Shown here in pieces: positions 38,353 to 48,619 of a DNA stretch of 64,000 nt. Positions within the stretch are counted from its first letter, which is position 1; each line of letters begins with the position of its first letter. Below the pieces are notes generated by a model. The model worked only from the letters and a program-made list of their open reading frames with translations. It was not told where the DNA came from and searched no databases. Position numbers and translations under genes: made by a program. This stretch comes from an uncultured Actinomycetes bacterium (GTDB taxonomy: Bacteria; Actinomycetota; Thermoleophilia; Gaiellales; Gaiellaceae). Location of the stretch: contig CAVYZL010000002.1 in assembly GCA_963773055.1 (NCBI GenBank), positions 76,221 to 140,220 on the forward strand, read 5' to 3'.

Positions 38353-39514
38353 GTGGATGCGCTGCACGTTGCCTGGTCGGGCCGGGTCGGTGGGATCGAG
38401 CGGCTCGTCGAGGGATACGTCCGCGCGGCGTCCACACGCGCTGGACCCAGGCATCTCGCCTGTCTCCTCGATGGACGTGGGCCGATCGGCGACGCGCTTG
38501 CAGCCGATGGTTTCGCGCTCCAGCTAAGGCTCCGCGGCGGTTGGGATGTCGTCGGGCTCTGGCGATTCGCGCGCCTGATCAGGAGTGCCCGGCCGCGGGT
38601 CACGGTCATGTACACGCACGCGCTCGCGCCCTGCCTCGTGGCCCTGGTCGCTCGGCCACGCGGGATCCGGATCTACCAGGAGTCCTCGGTGCGGGTCTTC
38701 AGCACGGACCTGAAGTTCCGCCTGCTCTATCTCCTGCTCCGGCACACGACGACGCTCTTCCTCGCGCCGACGGACGCCGTCGCGCGAGCACTCCGCAGCC
38801 GGGGCGTCGATCCGGGGTCGATCCGCGTCGTCCCCAACGGCGTCTCCGTCGCCCATGCCGTCACGGCGTCTGGCAAGCGCGAACGGCAAGCTGGTCGTGG
38901 GCACCGTCGGGCGGCTCGAACAGCAGAAGCGCATCGACCTCTATCTCGAGGTCCTCGCGGCACTCCGCGCCCGGAGCGTCGAGCTTGCGGGCATCGTCGT
39001 CGGCGGCGGCTCGCTCGAGAGCCGGCTGACGGCGGAGGCGGAAGCGCTCGGGCTGACCGGGGTCGTCGAGTTCGCAGGCGAGCAGGCCGACGTCACGCCC
39101 TGGCTCGATCGGTTCGACATGTTCCTGATGACCTCCGAGGTCGAGACGTTCGGCATCGCCGCGGCCGAGGCGATGGCGCGGGGAGTCCCGGTCGTTGCGA
39201 TGCCGTCCGCCAGCGGCCTCGACGACCTCGTCCGGAGCGGCGGCGTCCTCCTTGCCGATCGCGAGATCGCGACGGCCGCCGACACGGTCGAGCGCCTGCT
39301 CGCATCACCGTCGCGGCTACGCGAAACGCGGAGACGCGGGGCGACGATCGCCTCGGCTCTCGATTACTCGCTGCTGATCGGCCGCCTCGATGCGCTCTTG
39401 GACGAGGCGTCCGGTATGCCCGACTTTGCCCCCGCACCCGGCGCCGTCCCCACAATTGGAAGCGGACTTTCGATCAATCAGCTAGCCACTCGTCGTTCTC
39501 GGGGGTCTCATTGA
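38353..39514 (+). CDS. Family 4 (GT-B) glycosyltransferase, one +1 frameshift near 38860
   Basis: LHVAWSGRVGGIERLV N-terminus. Then VGTVGRLEQQKR, LMTSEVETFGIAAAEAMARGVPVV (E-x7-E). Start is ambiguous between GTG 38353 and ATG 38357. Confidence 0.75.
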
Positions 39515-40967
39515 TCGCTAAGGGAAGCCGCGCAGCGACTCTGAGCGCGCGGGACGCGATTGCTGTCGCACCTGCGGTCGGGCTCTTCTTGGGACTGGCC
39601 GACCAACGAGATCGTGCTGCACCGCGACCTGGGTGGGTGACGTCAGCGACGAGGCCGCCTACTTCCTCATGAGCAAGAACATCTGGCGCTACGGTGCTCC
39701 CCTCCTGGATCAGGATCGGCTCGGCTCAGTGGTCGACGACGTGGTCGCCGGGGCTGTCGGCGCTCCTCGGGCCGCTCGGCGCGCTTCCGATGGGACCGAG
39801 CGTCGTCGTCCGAACGCATCGTGGTGGCCTTCTCGGGCGTGGCGTTTCTCGTGCTCGGCTACGTCTGGATGCGGCGCCAGCTCGACCTCAGCCGGGTGTG
39901 GGCCGGGGCTGCGACGGCCTGCGTTGCAGCCAACTATGCGCTCGTCCGCGCCGGCGCACTGGTGTTGTCGGATGTTCCGGCGGCGGCGGCCCTCATGGGT
40001 GGCGTCGTCCTGCTCCGCCGCGGGAGAAGCCGCGCGGGTCTCGCCCTGCTCCTCGGCGCCGCGGTCCTGCGCCCGATCAACATCGCCGTGCTCGGCGCAG
40101 CGCTCGCCTGGCTGGTCCTCGAGCACCGCCGCCGGCCAACCCGGGCTGCAGCGATCGCCGCAGTCGCCGGAGCAGGGGTGGTGTTGACAATCTTGCTCGC
40201 CGCAGGTGGGCTCCGCGGCTACTACTCGCAGTTCACCCGTCCAGGCGACGGCGGAATCTCGAGGACGCTCGTCGAGCAGTCGAAGGCGCTCAGCTGGTAC
40301 CCGTTGGGCTGGTTCAAGGGAGATGCGTTCTCCAACCCGCACGGCGTCGAGCGCGCTCTCCTGAAGCTGCGTCTCGCTCGGTCTGCTCGTGCTGGCAGCC
40401 ATGGTCGCGGTGCGACGCCGTCTCCTGGCTGGAAGCAATGATCGTCGCCGCAACGATGGTCGTGCTCCTCGTCTACCGCGCAGGCGGTGCCGACGAGGCC
40501 CGCTATCTGATTCCGCTGTCTCCGTTCTTCATCGGCGCGATCTTAGCCGGCTTCCGCGAGCTTCCATGGCCCTCGGCGGCATCCGCCGTCGCAGCGCTCG
40601 CCGCGTGTCGCGGCGGTCGTCGGTGGCATCCACTTCTACGCCGTCGGTGACACCCTCGACGGCAAGGGTCACTGCCGAGGTTTCTGCAAGGCGAGGGCGC
40701 CTATCGCTGGGTGAAGGAGCACGTTCCTAAGGGTTCGGAGGTGGTGGCCTACAACGACCTTCAGGCATTCCTGTACAGCGATCATCCGACGGCCACCGCG
40801 ATCCGACACTTCTCGCCGGGTCGACACGTTCGTCGTCCTGGTCCCACCGGGGCTCGACACGGGAGAGTCGGAGCACATCCTGGACGGCTTCCGCGGCCAC
40901 GAGGTGTATCGCCGCGGGGACGGTCTCGGTCGTCCAGGTCGATGCGCGGACCGCGCCGGCCGGGTGA
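39511..40967 (+). pseudogene. GT-C fold membrane glycosyltransferase (ArnT/PMT-like), many frameshifts
   Basis: DEAAYFLMSKNIWRYGAP (the DExxY loop typical of GT-C enzymes). Then a series of hydrophobic segments scattered over three frames (FSGVAFLVLGYVWM, LLLGAAVLRPINIAVLGAALAWLVL, IVAATMVVLLVY, FFIGAILAG). The end VSVVQVDARTAPAG is inferred. Confidence 0.5.
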
Positions 40968-41031
40968 CCACGTCTAAGAGCGCCGATCCCGCCTAGCACA
41001 GTGAGGCGGGGCCGCGCGCCCACGACACGCC

Positions 41032-41781
41032 TCACCTGCGGCGAGACACGATTACCAACTCACGTCCCAGCCGTGCCCTCTCGAGCAACGACTTCCAGCG
41101 CGGCACACCGACGATACCGCCCATCATCCGGTGGACATAGCGATTCTCGACCCAGAACAGCACACCCTGATCTCCCCCAGGCGCGAACGTGCGGACATCC
41201 TCGATCCGATAATCGGACTGCAACAGCCGCCTCACCTGGCGCAGCGTTGGCCATTCCTCAACCGGCCCATGCGGGACGGATGGATGGTGCGGTCGGAGTG
41301 TCGATCGTCGCCGCCAGACGAACGGGTTCTGGGTCATGAGCAAGAACGTGTCGCCCGTCGTCTGCAGCGAGGCGATCCGGGCGACGCAGGCGGCGTGGTC
41401 GGGCATTGGCACCAGTGAATCCGAGCTGACGACTAACTGGAACGGGCCTTCGAGATCGAGTTCGAGAAAGTCGCCACACAGAAGCTGCACGTCGGGATGT
41501 CGCCGTCTTCCGTCCTCGATCGCCTCGGGCGAGAGATCGGTGCCCCACGCTTTCCCGAAGGGCAGCAACTCGTTTGCCAGCCAGCCCGTTCCGCACCCGA
41601 CGTCGAGGATCCGAGCGTTCTCTAGGCCGGCGTCCTGAGCGACGCTCGTTGCGATGTCGCGTTGGCGTTCCATGAATCCGTCGAGATCGCCACGAAAGCG
41701 CCATTCGCGGTTCCACTCATTCCAGAAGCGAACGTGAGGATCGTTCGGGCCTCCGTACTCTCCTGTTACCGCCGAATCCAT
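41032..41781 (-). CDS. Class I SAM-dependent methyltransferase
   Basis: Intact 249-aa ORF with ILDVGCGTGWLANEL (motif I) and FQLVVSSDSL. Lower GC than the flanks. Confidence 0.8.
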   Translation of the reverse strand: MDSAVTGEYGGPNDPHVRFWNEWNREWRFRGDLDGFMERQRDIATSVAQDAGLENARILDVGCGTGWLANELLPFGKAWGTDLSPEAIEDGRRRHPDVQLLCGDFLELDLEGPFQLVVSSDSLVPMPDHAACVARIASLQTTGDTFLLMTQNPFVWRRRSTLRPHHPSVPHGPVEEWPTLRQVRRLLQSDYRIEDVRTFAPGGDQGVLFWVENRYVHRMMGGIVGVPRWKSLLERARLGRELVIVSRRR

Positions 41782-41893
41782 GCTTCTCCCGCCCGTCGCC
41801 CTACGCCGAAGTAGCTCCGACAGATGACGCCCTCCAAGCTGACGCAGTCTTTCGTCAGCTCGATCTTCCTGCCAGTGCGCTCATCGATCCAGT

Positions 41894-42799
41894 TCAGACA
41901 GGCGACTTGGTGCGGTCCGGCCCCTCGTCGACGTCGGCGGCCATCGTCACCTCGCCGCTCTCGCTCGGCAGCTTCATCTCGACCGGTGCCTCCGGCCCTG
42001 GGATCGCGTCGCCGAGCCGTGCGGTGATCTGGCCGCGCACGGTGCGCGCCGGCCAGTCGTGCGACGGCACGACGAACGCGCCCGAGTTGAGCGCCTTGAC
42101 GACCGCAGCCTTCTCCTCGCGCTTGCGCATCGAATGGTTTCCGGTCACCTGCGGGTCGTAGTCGCCCATCTGGTAGAGCGGAGCGACGATCTGGTCCTGC
42201 ACGTCGTAGATGACGTCGCCGCAGATGCAGACGACGCCTGCCGCCGTCTCGACGAGGATGTTCATCGACCCTTCGGTGTGGCCGCCGGCGTGCTCGAGGC
42301 GAACGCCGGGCACGAGCTCGATCGGCCCCGAGAGCTCGAGGTCGAGCAGGCGCAGCGCGCCAGGGATGTGGAGCCGGTCGACGTGGTGCTTCACGTACTC
42401 GGCCGGGTACTGCTCGGTCATCAGACCGGAGACGGAGTGCTCGAGCTCCTTGCGCTGCATGCACACCGTCGTCGTCATCGGGAACTTGTCGTCCTGCCCC
42501 GCATGGTCGATGTGATTGTGCGTGTGCAGGATGTAGCGCACGTCCTTCGGCTTCACACCGAAGCGCCCGAGCTGGTTCTCGATCTGCTGCTCCTCGCTGA
42601 TCCAGCCGGTCATGCCGAGCCGCTGCATGATCTCCGGATGGGAGGCGCCAGTGTCGACGAGGATCGGATCGTCGCCGCCGAGGATCAGGGAGCCCCACGT
42701 CTTGGCGAGCGCCTTCTGACCCATGTTGCGCGCGAGCACGAGGAAGCTCGACTCGAGCTCGATGTCGATGAGGTCGAGAAGCTTGACTTCAAGAGCCAT
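41894..42799 (-). CDS. MBL-fold metallo-hydrolase (lactonase-like)
   Basis: HTHNHIDHAG (HxHxDH) and HAGGHTEG. ATG at 42799 lies 8 nt after AGGAGGG. The longer ORF to 42883 is rejected. Confidence 0.8.
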   Translation of the reverse strand: MALEVKLLDLIDIELESSFLVLARNMGQKALAKTWGSLILGGDDPILVDTGASHPEIMQRLGMTGWISEEQQIENQLGRFGVKPKDVRYILHTHNHIDHAGQDDKFPMTTTVCMQRKELEHSVSGLMTEQYPAEYVKHHVDRLHIPGALRLLDLELSGPIELVPGVRLEHAGGHTEGSMNILVETAAGVVCICGDVIYDVQDQIVAPLYQMGDYDPQVTGNHSMRKREEKAAVVKALNSGAFVVPSHDWPARTVRGQITARLGDAIPGPEAPVEMKLPSESGEVTMAADVDEGPDRTKSPV

Positions 42800-43098
42800 G
42801 GCCATTCCCTCCTTGCTGGATCGGGCGATTCTAGGACGTCTGCTGTCCGCCGTGGCGTCCGCGAGGGGCACCACGCGAGACACCCTCGACCACGAGAGCA
42901 GCCCTCCTCATCCGCTCGAGAACGCGCCGGACCTTGTAGTCGCGCCGCCGTTAGAGACCTCGATGTAGACGGCTGGGACCTGTCGAACCTACACGATCGG
43001 CGGTTGTTTCACCTACCACTTGTGGGGTACTTACACACACGTCGACCCGCACGACAACGGCGGCGTCGACGGTTTCGAGTCAAAAAGGGGGAGGAATC

Positions 43099-44142
43099 AT
43101 GCGAAGGAGTAGCGGCACCAGGCCCAGGGCGGGCCTGGTAGCGATCGTTGTGGTTGTGGCGGCAGCGGCGGCACTTGTGCCGGGAGCGGTTGCAGGTATC
43201 GCCTCGGGCGCGCTCAATTGCCCGCTTCCGAAGTACAACCCGACGCATTACGCGATACAGACAGGGCAGCAGGTGACTTGCACGATCGATGGCGCGAGTG
43301 ACGCGAGCGGAAAGACCACCGTGCCGGTGATCATCAAGAGCTCCGATCTCGGCAACACAACCGTTACGGGCACAGTCTCGGGTAGCGGCTCGTCGACGAA
43401 GATCACTTTCACGTACACGGCGCCGACGGTTGCCTGCAACACCACGATCGTTGCCTATATCACCAACGGCAACAACTCCAACAATTCGAAGATCACACCC
43501 GGCGGTACTGCGGCTGCGGGATTCGCGTTCGTCGATGCGACCGGGAAGGGGATCACCGTTTGCACTCCGCCCCCGCCCAACCCGCTGATCTTCCTCGGCT
43601 ACGCGGATACCTACCGTCCCACCGGTGGAACGCCGTCGCCGTGGCAGGGAAGTTCGAACGTGATCTTCGTCGGCTGTGGGGTCGACCCGAACGGTGCCGT
43701 ACCGACAACGGACAACTGCGCGAAGCAGCCTGTAGGCGGCGCCGACATCTACGACTCGAGTGCGATCAGGATCGACAACGTCACGGGTAGCCCGATGTCG
43801 GTCACGGGCGCGAGCGTCTCGATGGCGCCGGCCTGCAACTTCAACCCGTGGCCGGGGTTGAACGTCACGATTCCCGTCGGTGGGACGCTGATCCTCACCC
43901 AGACAGGCGGTGTCGATCCCTGCGGCGTCGAGCCATTCGGCTACAACTTCGATGGCTCCGATACGAACGAGAGCTCGTGTGTGAACAGCGGGATCATCCC
44001 GGTGATCACACTGACCATCAACGGGGTGACCAGCACCATCAACGACACGGGGCAGATCCTGAACACGGGCGGCGTCGAACCCGTAACCTGCTTGGGAGCA
44101 CCGAGCGAACTGAGGAACTGGGTGCAGATCGCGTTCCCGTAA
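43099..44142 (+). CDS. Secreted Cys-containing Thr/Gly/Asn-rich protein of unknown function
   Basis: GGGGGAGG Shine-Dalgarno sequence 5 nt before the ATG. N-terminal MRRSSGTRPRAGLVAIVVVVAAAAALVPGAVAG signal-like segment. 10 Cys. NGNNSNNS tract. Low GC (48-62% in sampled 60-mers). No family recognised. Confidence 0.75.
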   Translation: MRRSSGTRPRAGLVAIVVVVAAAAALVPGAVAGIASGALNCPLPKYNPTHYAIQTGQQVTCTIDGASDASGKTTVPVIIKSSDLGNTTVTGTVSGSGSSTKITFTYTAPTVACNTTIVAYITNGNNSNNSKITPGGTAAAGFAFVDATGKGITVCTPPPPNPLIFLGYADTYRPTGGTPSPWQGSSNVIFVGCGVDPNGAVPTTDNCAKQPVGGADIYDSSAIRIDNVTGSPMSVTGASVSMAPACNFNPWPGLNVTIPVGGTLILTQTGGVDPCGVEPFGYNFDGSDTNESSCVNSGIIPVITLTINGVTSTINDTGQILNTGGVEPVTCLGAPSELRNWVQIAFP

Positions 44143-44161
44143 CGCGCACAGTTCCGCCTCT

Positions 44162-44197
44162 CTCGGCCCGGGGTTGCGTCAGCAGCCCCGGGCCGAG
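44162..44197. terminator. Bidirectional terminator-like hairpin between convergent genes
   Basis: CTCGGCCCGGGG - 12-nt loop - CCCCGGGCCGAG, a perfect 12-bp stem. Confidence 0.55.
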
Positions 44198-44235
44198 CAC
44201 TTTCCCAGACAAGAACCGGTGCCCGCGGTCAGACG

Positions 44236-44964
44236 TCAGCGACGGCGGGCTGCTAAGCAGTAGCCCAGTGGGAAACTTCGCTCAGTCCCTGCTCTCAGGC
44301 GACGATAGAGCCGCGTTTGTGTGCCGATCCGACTAAGCGCGAGGAAGACCTTGGCTATGGACTGATTGCGCACGAAGAACTTGTTCAACAGATCGAGCAG
44401 CACGTCGGGGTAGCCGCCGTACGGTTCGAGCTCCACGACCGCCAGGTCATTGTCAGCGCACAATCGCCGCAGTGCGAACTCCGTGTATCGGTGGTAGTCG
44501 TGCGGCGCCTCGTGTACCCAGTAGAAAAAAGGCATGCCCGCGAGAAGCATTCCATCGGGGCGCAGGACCCGGGCGATCTCGGCGATGAGCGTGTCGGGCT
44601 TTGCGATGTGCTCGAGCACATCCATGAGCAGCACCGTGTCGAAGCTTCTGTCGTCGAACGGAAGAAGATCATTCAGATCCACGTACCGGTCAACGTGATC
44701 GGTCCCGTGCTCCGTGCTTTCCCAGTCGATACAGGTCGTCTCTGTGACCTGATCTCTGTAGATGTCGTAGTAGGGGACGTCTCCGCACCCACAGTCGAGT
44801 AGAGCGCCTGATGCGTGGGTACGGATCATCCGCACGTAATCGTCGATGACGCACGAGCAGATGAACATCGAGCCACTTCCGACATAGTCGGGGTTCGGCA
44901 CATACCGCCCCGACCGCGAGTCTCTTACGAACTTCGTCGGCTTCCAGCGGTCGGGGTGTCGCAC
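44236..44964 (-). CDS. Class I SAM-dependent methyltransferase (Methyltransf_11/23-like)
   Basis: Intact 242-aa ORF with LLDCGCGDVPYY and FDTVLLMDVLEHIAKP..ARVLRPDGMLL. Lower GC. Confidence 0.8.
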   Translation of the reverse strand: MRHPDRWKPTKFVRDSRSGRYVPNPDYVGSGSMFICSCVIDDYVRMIRTHASGALLDCGCGDVPYYDIYRDQVTETTCIDWESTEHGTDHVDRYVDLNDLLPFDDRSFDTVLLMDVLEHIAKPDTLIAEIARVLRPDGMLLAGMPFFYWVHEAPHDYHRYTEFALRRLCADNDLAVVELEPYGGYPDVLLDLLNKFFVRNQSIAKVFLALSRIGTQTRLYRRLRAGTERSFPLGYCLAARRR

Positions 44965-45049
44965 TCGACAAACTCTGACTTCAAGTCATTTCTGCGTCAA
45001 GCGGAAGACGGCAGGCCGCAAAAGGATGGATTTGCAGGGCTTTCCGTAG

Positions 45050-45122
45050 AGCCGACGCGCGGATTCGAACCGCGGACCCCTTCATTACGAGTGAAGTGCT
45101 CTACCAGCTGAGCTACGTCGGC
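45050..45122 (-). tRNA. tRNA-Thr (anticodon CGU)
   Basis: Reverse complement is GCCGACGTAGCTCAGCTGGTAGAGCACTTCACTCGTAATGAAGGGGTCCGCGGTTCGAATCCGCGCGTCGGCT. It folds as a 7-bp acceptor, GCTC/GAGC D-stem, CTTCA/TGAAG anticodon stem with loop CTCGTAA, and CGCGG/CCGCG T-stem with TTCGAAT loop. No encoded CCA. Confidence 0.95.
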
Positions 45123-45136
45123 GGGATCGAGAAAGC

Positions 45137-45505
45137 CTAGCGGCCCTCGGGCCACGAGCGGACGAGCGCGCGCTGCTCCCGGGTCTCGGGAGGAGGACCG
45201 GGATCGAGCCCGTGCCGCTTTCGGTGGCAGCCGATCACGGTGCGTGTACGGCCGATGCCCATCCGGCAATGGACGTAGACGCTCTCACCGTCCTCGAGGG
45301 CCGCGTCGATCAGGTCGAGGGTCGCGATCATCTGCTCCACGGTCGGCACGCCGAAGTCGCGGATCGGCATGCGGACATGCCTCACGCCCTCCGGCAGCGA
45401 ATGCGCATAGGGCGGGAGCGTCCCTTCCTCCGTCAGGTCGACGAACAGCGTCGTCCCGTCCCGAAGCTGGCCGCCGCGCGGATACGGCCCGCTGCGCAGC
45501 GTCAC
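45137..45505 (-). CDS. Dual-specificity / tyrosine protein phosphatase (CX5R)
   Basis: VYVHCRMGIGRTRTV active-site loop. The GTG start overlaps the holB stop (GTGA). Confidence 0.75.
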   Translation of the reverse strand: MTLRSGPYPRGGQLRDGTTLFVDLTEEGTLPPYAHSLPEGVRHVRMPIRDFGVPTVEQMIATLDLIDAALEDGESVYVHCRMGIGRTRTVIGCHRKRHGLDPGPPPETREQRALVRSWPEGR

Positions 45506-46560
45506 GCCGGTGCGAGCTCGCGCCGCAGGCGGATGAAGAGCGCCTCCAGGGCGAGCTTCGGCTGCAGGTTCAGCTCCTCGAACCAGCGCCAAGCCTCCCG
45601 CACGAGCTCGGCGGAGCGTTCGGCTGCCGGCAGCCGCTCGGGGACACCGTCCTCGCGCAGGGTTGCGAGATGGTCGTAGTGGACGACGATCGGCTCGGCG
45701 CCGACTGCGACCGCAACGAGATCGCGGTACCACGCGGTCAGCTCCTCGAGCGCTTCGAGCACGCTCTCCCGCATCGCGCCGAACTCCGCCCGCCGCAGCC
45801 GCTGCTCGTTCTCCCGCTCGGGCAGGCCGAGCCACTCCGACTCGTCGTCGGCCTTCGCGCGAGCCTCGCTCGCCGCCGCATCGGCGATCCGGACGACGGC
45901 GGTGGCGGCCTCCGCGGGCGCGAACCCGGGGTCGGCGTAGACAGCGCGCGCGAGCCGGAGGATCTCCTCGCGCCGCTCGGCCGCATCCTCGTCGAGCAGC
46001 CGCTCGGCCCGGTCGAGACGACCCCCTGCCACCCGCGCGAGCGCCGTGATCCGCTCCGGAGGAAGGCCCGGCGCCTGCGCGGCGAGCACCGTGTGCACCG
46101 CCTTCTCCGACAGGCGACTGAAGGGGACGAGCTGGCACCGCGAGCGGATCGTCGGCGGCACGGGGCCGAGCTCGTCGGCGAGCAGGCAGATGACCGCGTA
46201 CGGCGGGGGCTCCTCGAGGTCCTTCAGCAGCGCGTCCGACGCCTCGTCGTTCAGCGTGTGCGCGGAAACGACGACGTAGACGCGGCGCTCGGCCTCGAAC
46301 GGGCGCATGTGCAGGTCGCGCCGGAGCTTGCGCACCTCGTCGATCCGGATCTGGTCTCCGAGCGGCTCGAGGACGTAGAGGTCGGGATGCGCCCGGCGCT
46401 CGACCCGGCCCCGGTCGCCGAGGAGGTGGGCGGCGAAGGCGAGCACCGTCTTCTGCTTGCCGACGCCGGGCGGGCCGTGGAAGAGGTACGCGTGCACGGG
46501 GCCCTCGTCGATCGCGGCCGTGAGCAGCCGCTTCGCCGTCGTGCTGCTCGATGATCTCAT
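45502..46560 (-). CDS. holB: DNA polymerase III delta-prime subunit
   Basis: HAYLFHGPPGVGKQ, ASDALLKDLEEPP and PTIRSRCQ. Confidence 0.85.
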   Translation of the reverse strand: MRSSSSTTAKRLLTAAIDEGPVHAYLFHGPPGVGKQKTVLAFAAHLLGDRGRVERRAHPDLYVLEPLGDQIRIDEVRKLRRDLHMRPFEAERRVYVVVSAHTLNDEASDALLKDLEEPPPYAVICLLADELGPVPPTIRSRCQLVPFSRLSEKAVHTVLAAQAPGLPPERITALARVAGGRLDRAERLLDEDAAERREEILRLARAVYADPGFAPAEAATAVVRIADAAASEARAKADDESEWLGLPERENEQRLRRAEFGAMRESVLEALEELTAWYRDLVAVAVGAEPIVVHYDHLATLREDGVPERLPAAERSAELVREAWRWFEELNLQPKLALEALFIRLRRELAPA

Positions 46561-47151
46561 CGAACACCGGCGAGCTCCTCCCAGATCTCCGCGGCAAGCT
46601 CGTCCTCCGGCCGCGAGCCGTCGAGAACGCGGATCCGGTCGGGATACCGGCGCGCGAGGTCGCGGTAGCCCTCCGCGAGCGCGGCGTGGAAAGGCGCCTC
46701 CTCTCGCTCGATCCGGTCGCGCTCCGAGCCCAGGCGCTCAGCAGCTGTCGCCGCGTCGAGGAGCAGGACGAACGTCCGGTCGGGGACGAGGTCGCGCACG
46801 GCGACGTTGAGCTCGAGCACACGCTCGACGCCGAGCCCACGCGCGAGCCCCTGGTAGACGAGCGACGAGTCGAGGTAGCGATCGCAGAGGACATCGCTGC
46901 CGGCCGCGAGCGCGGGCCGGATCACGCGTTCCGCGAGCTCGGCCCGGGCGGCGGCGAACAGCGCCGCCTCGGCCCAGGGCGTCATCGCCTCCCCGTCGAG
47001 CACGAGCTCCCGTACCCGTTCGCCGAGCGGCGTTCCACCGGGCTCGCGCGTGGCGACGACCGACCGGCCCGAATCCGTCGAGGTGCTGATCGAGGAGGCG
47101 TGCCTGGGTCGACTTCCCCGAGCCGTCGACACCTTCGAAGGTCACGAACAT
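46557..47151 (-). CDS. tmk: Thymidylate kinase, one frameshift near 47085
   Basis: MFVTFEGVDGSGKSTQ in one frame. Then TREPGGTPLGERVREL ... CDRYLDSSLVYQG in the next. Confidence 0.8.
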
Positions 47152-47189
47152 CGCCCCGAACGATAGGGCCGCGGACAGGCGGCCGGGGC

Positions 47190-48555
47190 TCAGCTGAAGG
47201 GCCGCATGACCGGGCTGCACGGGCCGGCTGCGGAGATGTGCCGTCGATCCCGTCCTCGAGCGCCCTACGGTAGACGGCCAGCGCTTCTGCGACCGCCTCG
47301 ATCGTCAGGTCGATGTCCGCCTCGGTGTGGGAGTAGCTGACGACGAGCGACGGAAGGATGAAGCCGCGCTCGATCGTCTCCTGGAGGAACAGCGTGCGGA
47401 ACGCCTGCGACGGCGGCCGTCGTCGTCGCGTGTCGACGTAGACGAGGTTCGGCGCCCGGCCGATCACCTCGAACCGATCCGCAACGCCGTGCTCGCGCGC
47501 CGCCGCCTCGATCCCTGGCGAAGCCGCTCGCCCGCGCGCATGGAGCGTCTCGATCACCGGCTCGTCACGGTAGATCCGCATCGTCTCCATCGCCGCGGCG
47601 AGCCCGTGCGTCTCCGCGCCGTGCGTCGTCGAGAGGAGGAAGACCCGCTCGCGCGGGTCGCGCAAGCCCGCCGAGCTCCATGATCTCGCGCTTGCCCGAC
47701 GAGCGCCGAGCACGCGAAGCCGTTCGCCATCGCCTTGCCGAACGTCGACAGATCGGGCTCGATGCCGTAGGTCGCCTGCGCGCCGCCGAGATGCCAGCGG
47801 AAGCCGGTGATCATCTCGTCGAGGACGAGCAGCGCGCCGTTCCGCGTGCACAGGTCTCGCAAGCCCTCGAGGAACCCCGGCGCCGGCGGGTCGCTGCGCT
47901 CCGGCCTCGAGCACGACACAAGCGATCTGTCCCGGATGTGCGTCGAACAGCGCTGCGGCTGCGGCGAGATCGTTGTAGGGGAACCTGACCGTCAGGTCGC
48001 GGACGCCTGCGGGATGCCGGCGGCATCGCCGTCGTGCCGATGAACCAGTCGTTGTACGAGAAGAATGGGTGATCGGCGCAGAGCGCGACGAGGTCGCGGC
48101 CGGTGTGGGCGCGCGCGAGCGTGATCGCCGCGGTGTTCGCCGTCGAGCCGTCCTTGCAGAACTTCACCATCTCGGCCGCCGGAATGAGGTCCAGCAAGCG
48201 CCTCGGCCGCCTCGAGCTCGATCAGCGCCGGCCGCGTGAAGTTCGTGCCGAGCAGCATCTGGCGGTGCGCAGCCTCGACGACCGCCGGATAGGCGTGGCC
48301 GAGCGTGACGGCCCGAAGCCCCATGCCGTACTCGATGAACTCGTTGCCGTCGGTGTCCCAGACGCGACAGCCGGAGCCGCGCGCGATCAGGCCAGGCGCG
48401 AGCTCGGGAAACTGGTCGTCGCCTTTCGCGTACGTGTGCGAACCGCCGGGGATGAGGGCGTGTGCGCGATCGCGCAGCTCGAGAGCTTGCGCCGATCCCA
48501 GATGTCTCCCCAGAGGCTCCTGAGCGGCTTCGATCCGCCGACTCATCCCGATCAA
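47190..48555 (-). pseudogene. Class III PLP aminotransferase (glutamate-1-semialdehyde aminomutase-like), five or more frameshifts
   Basis: Pieces in order: IPGGSHTYAKGDDQFP..GNEFIEYGMGLRAVTLGH, KDGSTANTAAITLARAHTGR, LVLDEMITGFRWHLGGAQ..STFGKAMANGF, LLSTTHGAETHGLAA and VVSYSHTEADIDLTIEA. Confidence 0.7.
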
Positions 48556-48619
48556 AGTAAAGGCCCGGCTCGGACGGCAGTCAAGATTCGTTGACGACGG
48601 CCCTCGCAGCTCTCACCAT

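Noticed and set aside
38077-39672. A 531-aa ORF as one protein
   Set aside because: It contains the GT2 C-terminus and the GT4 N-terminal half, followed by about 250 aa of Arg-rich out-of-frame sequence. The GT4 C-terminal half lies in ORF 38855..39514.
41000-45122. An integrative element or prophage at tRNA-Thr
   Set aside because: There is no integrase, recombinase, phage or conjugation gene, and I found no direct repeat of the tRNA 3' end. I report it only as a compositionally distinct block.
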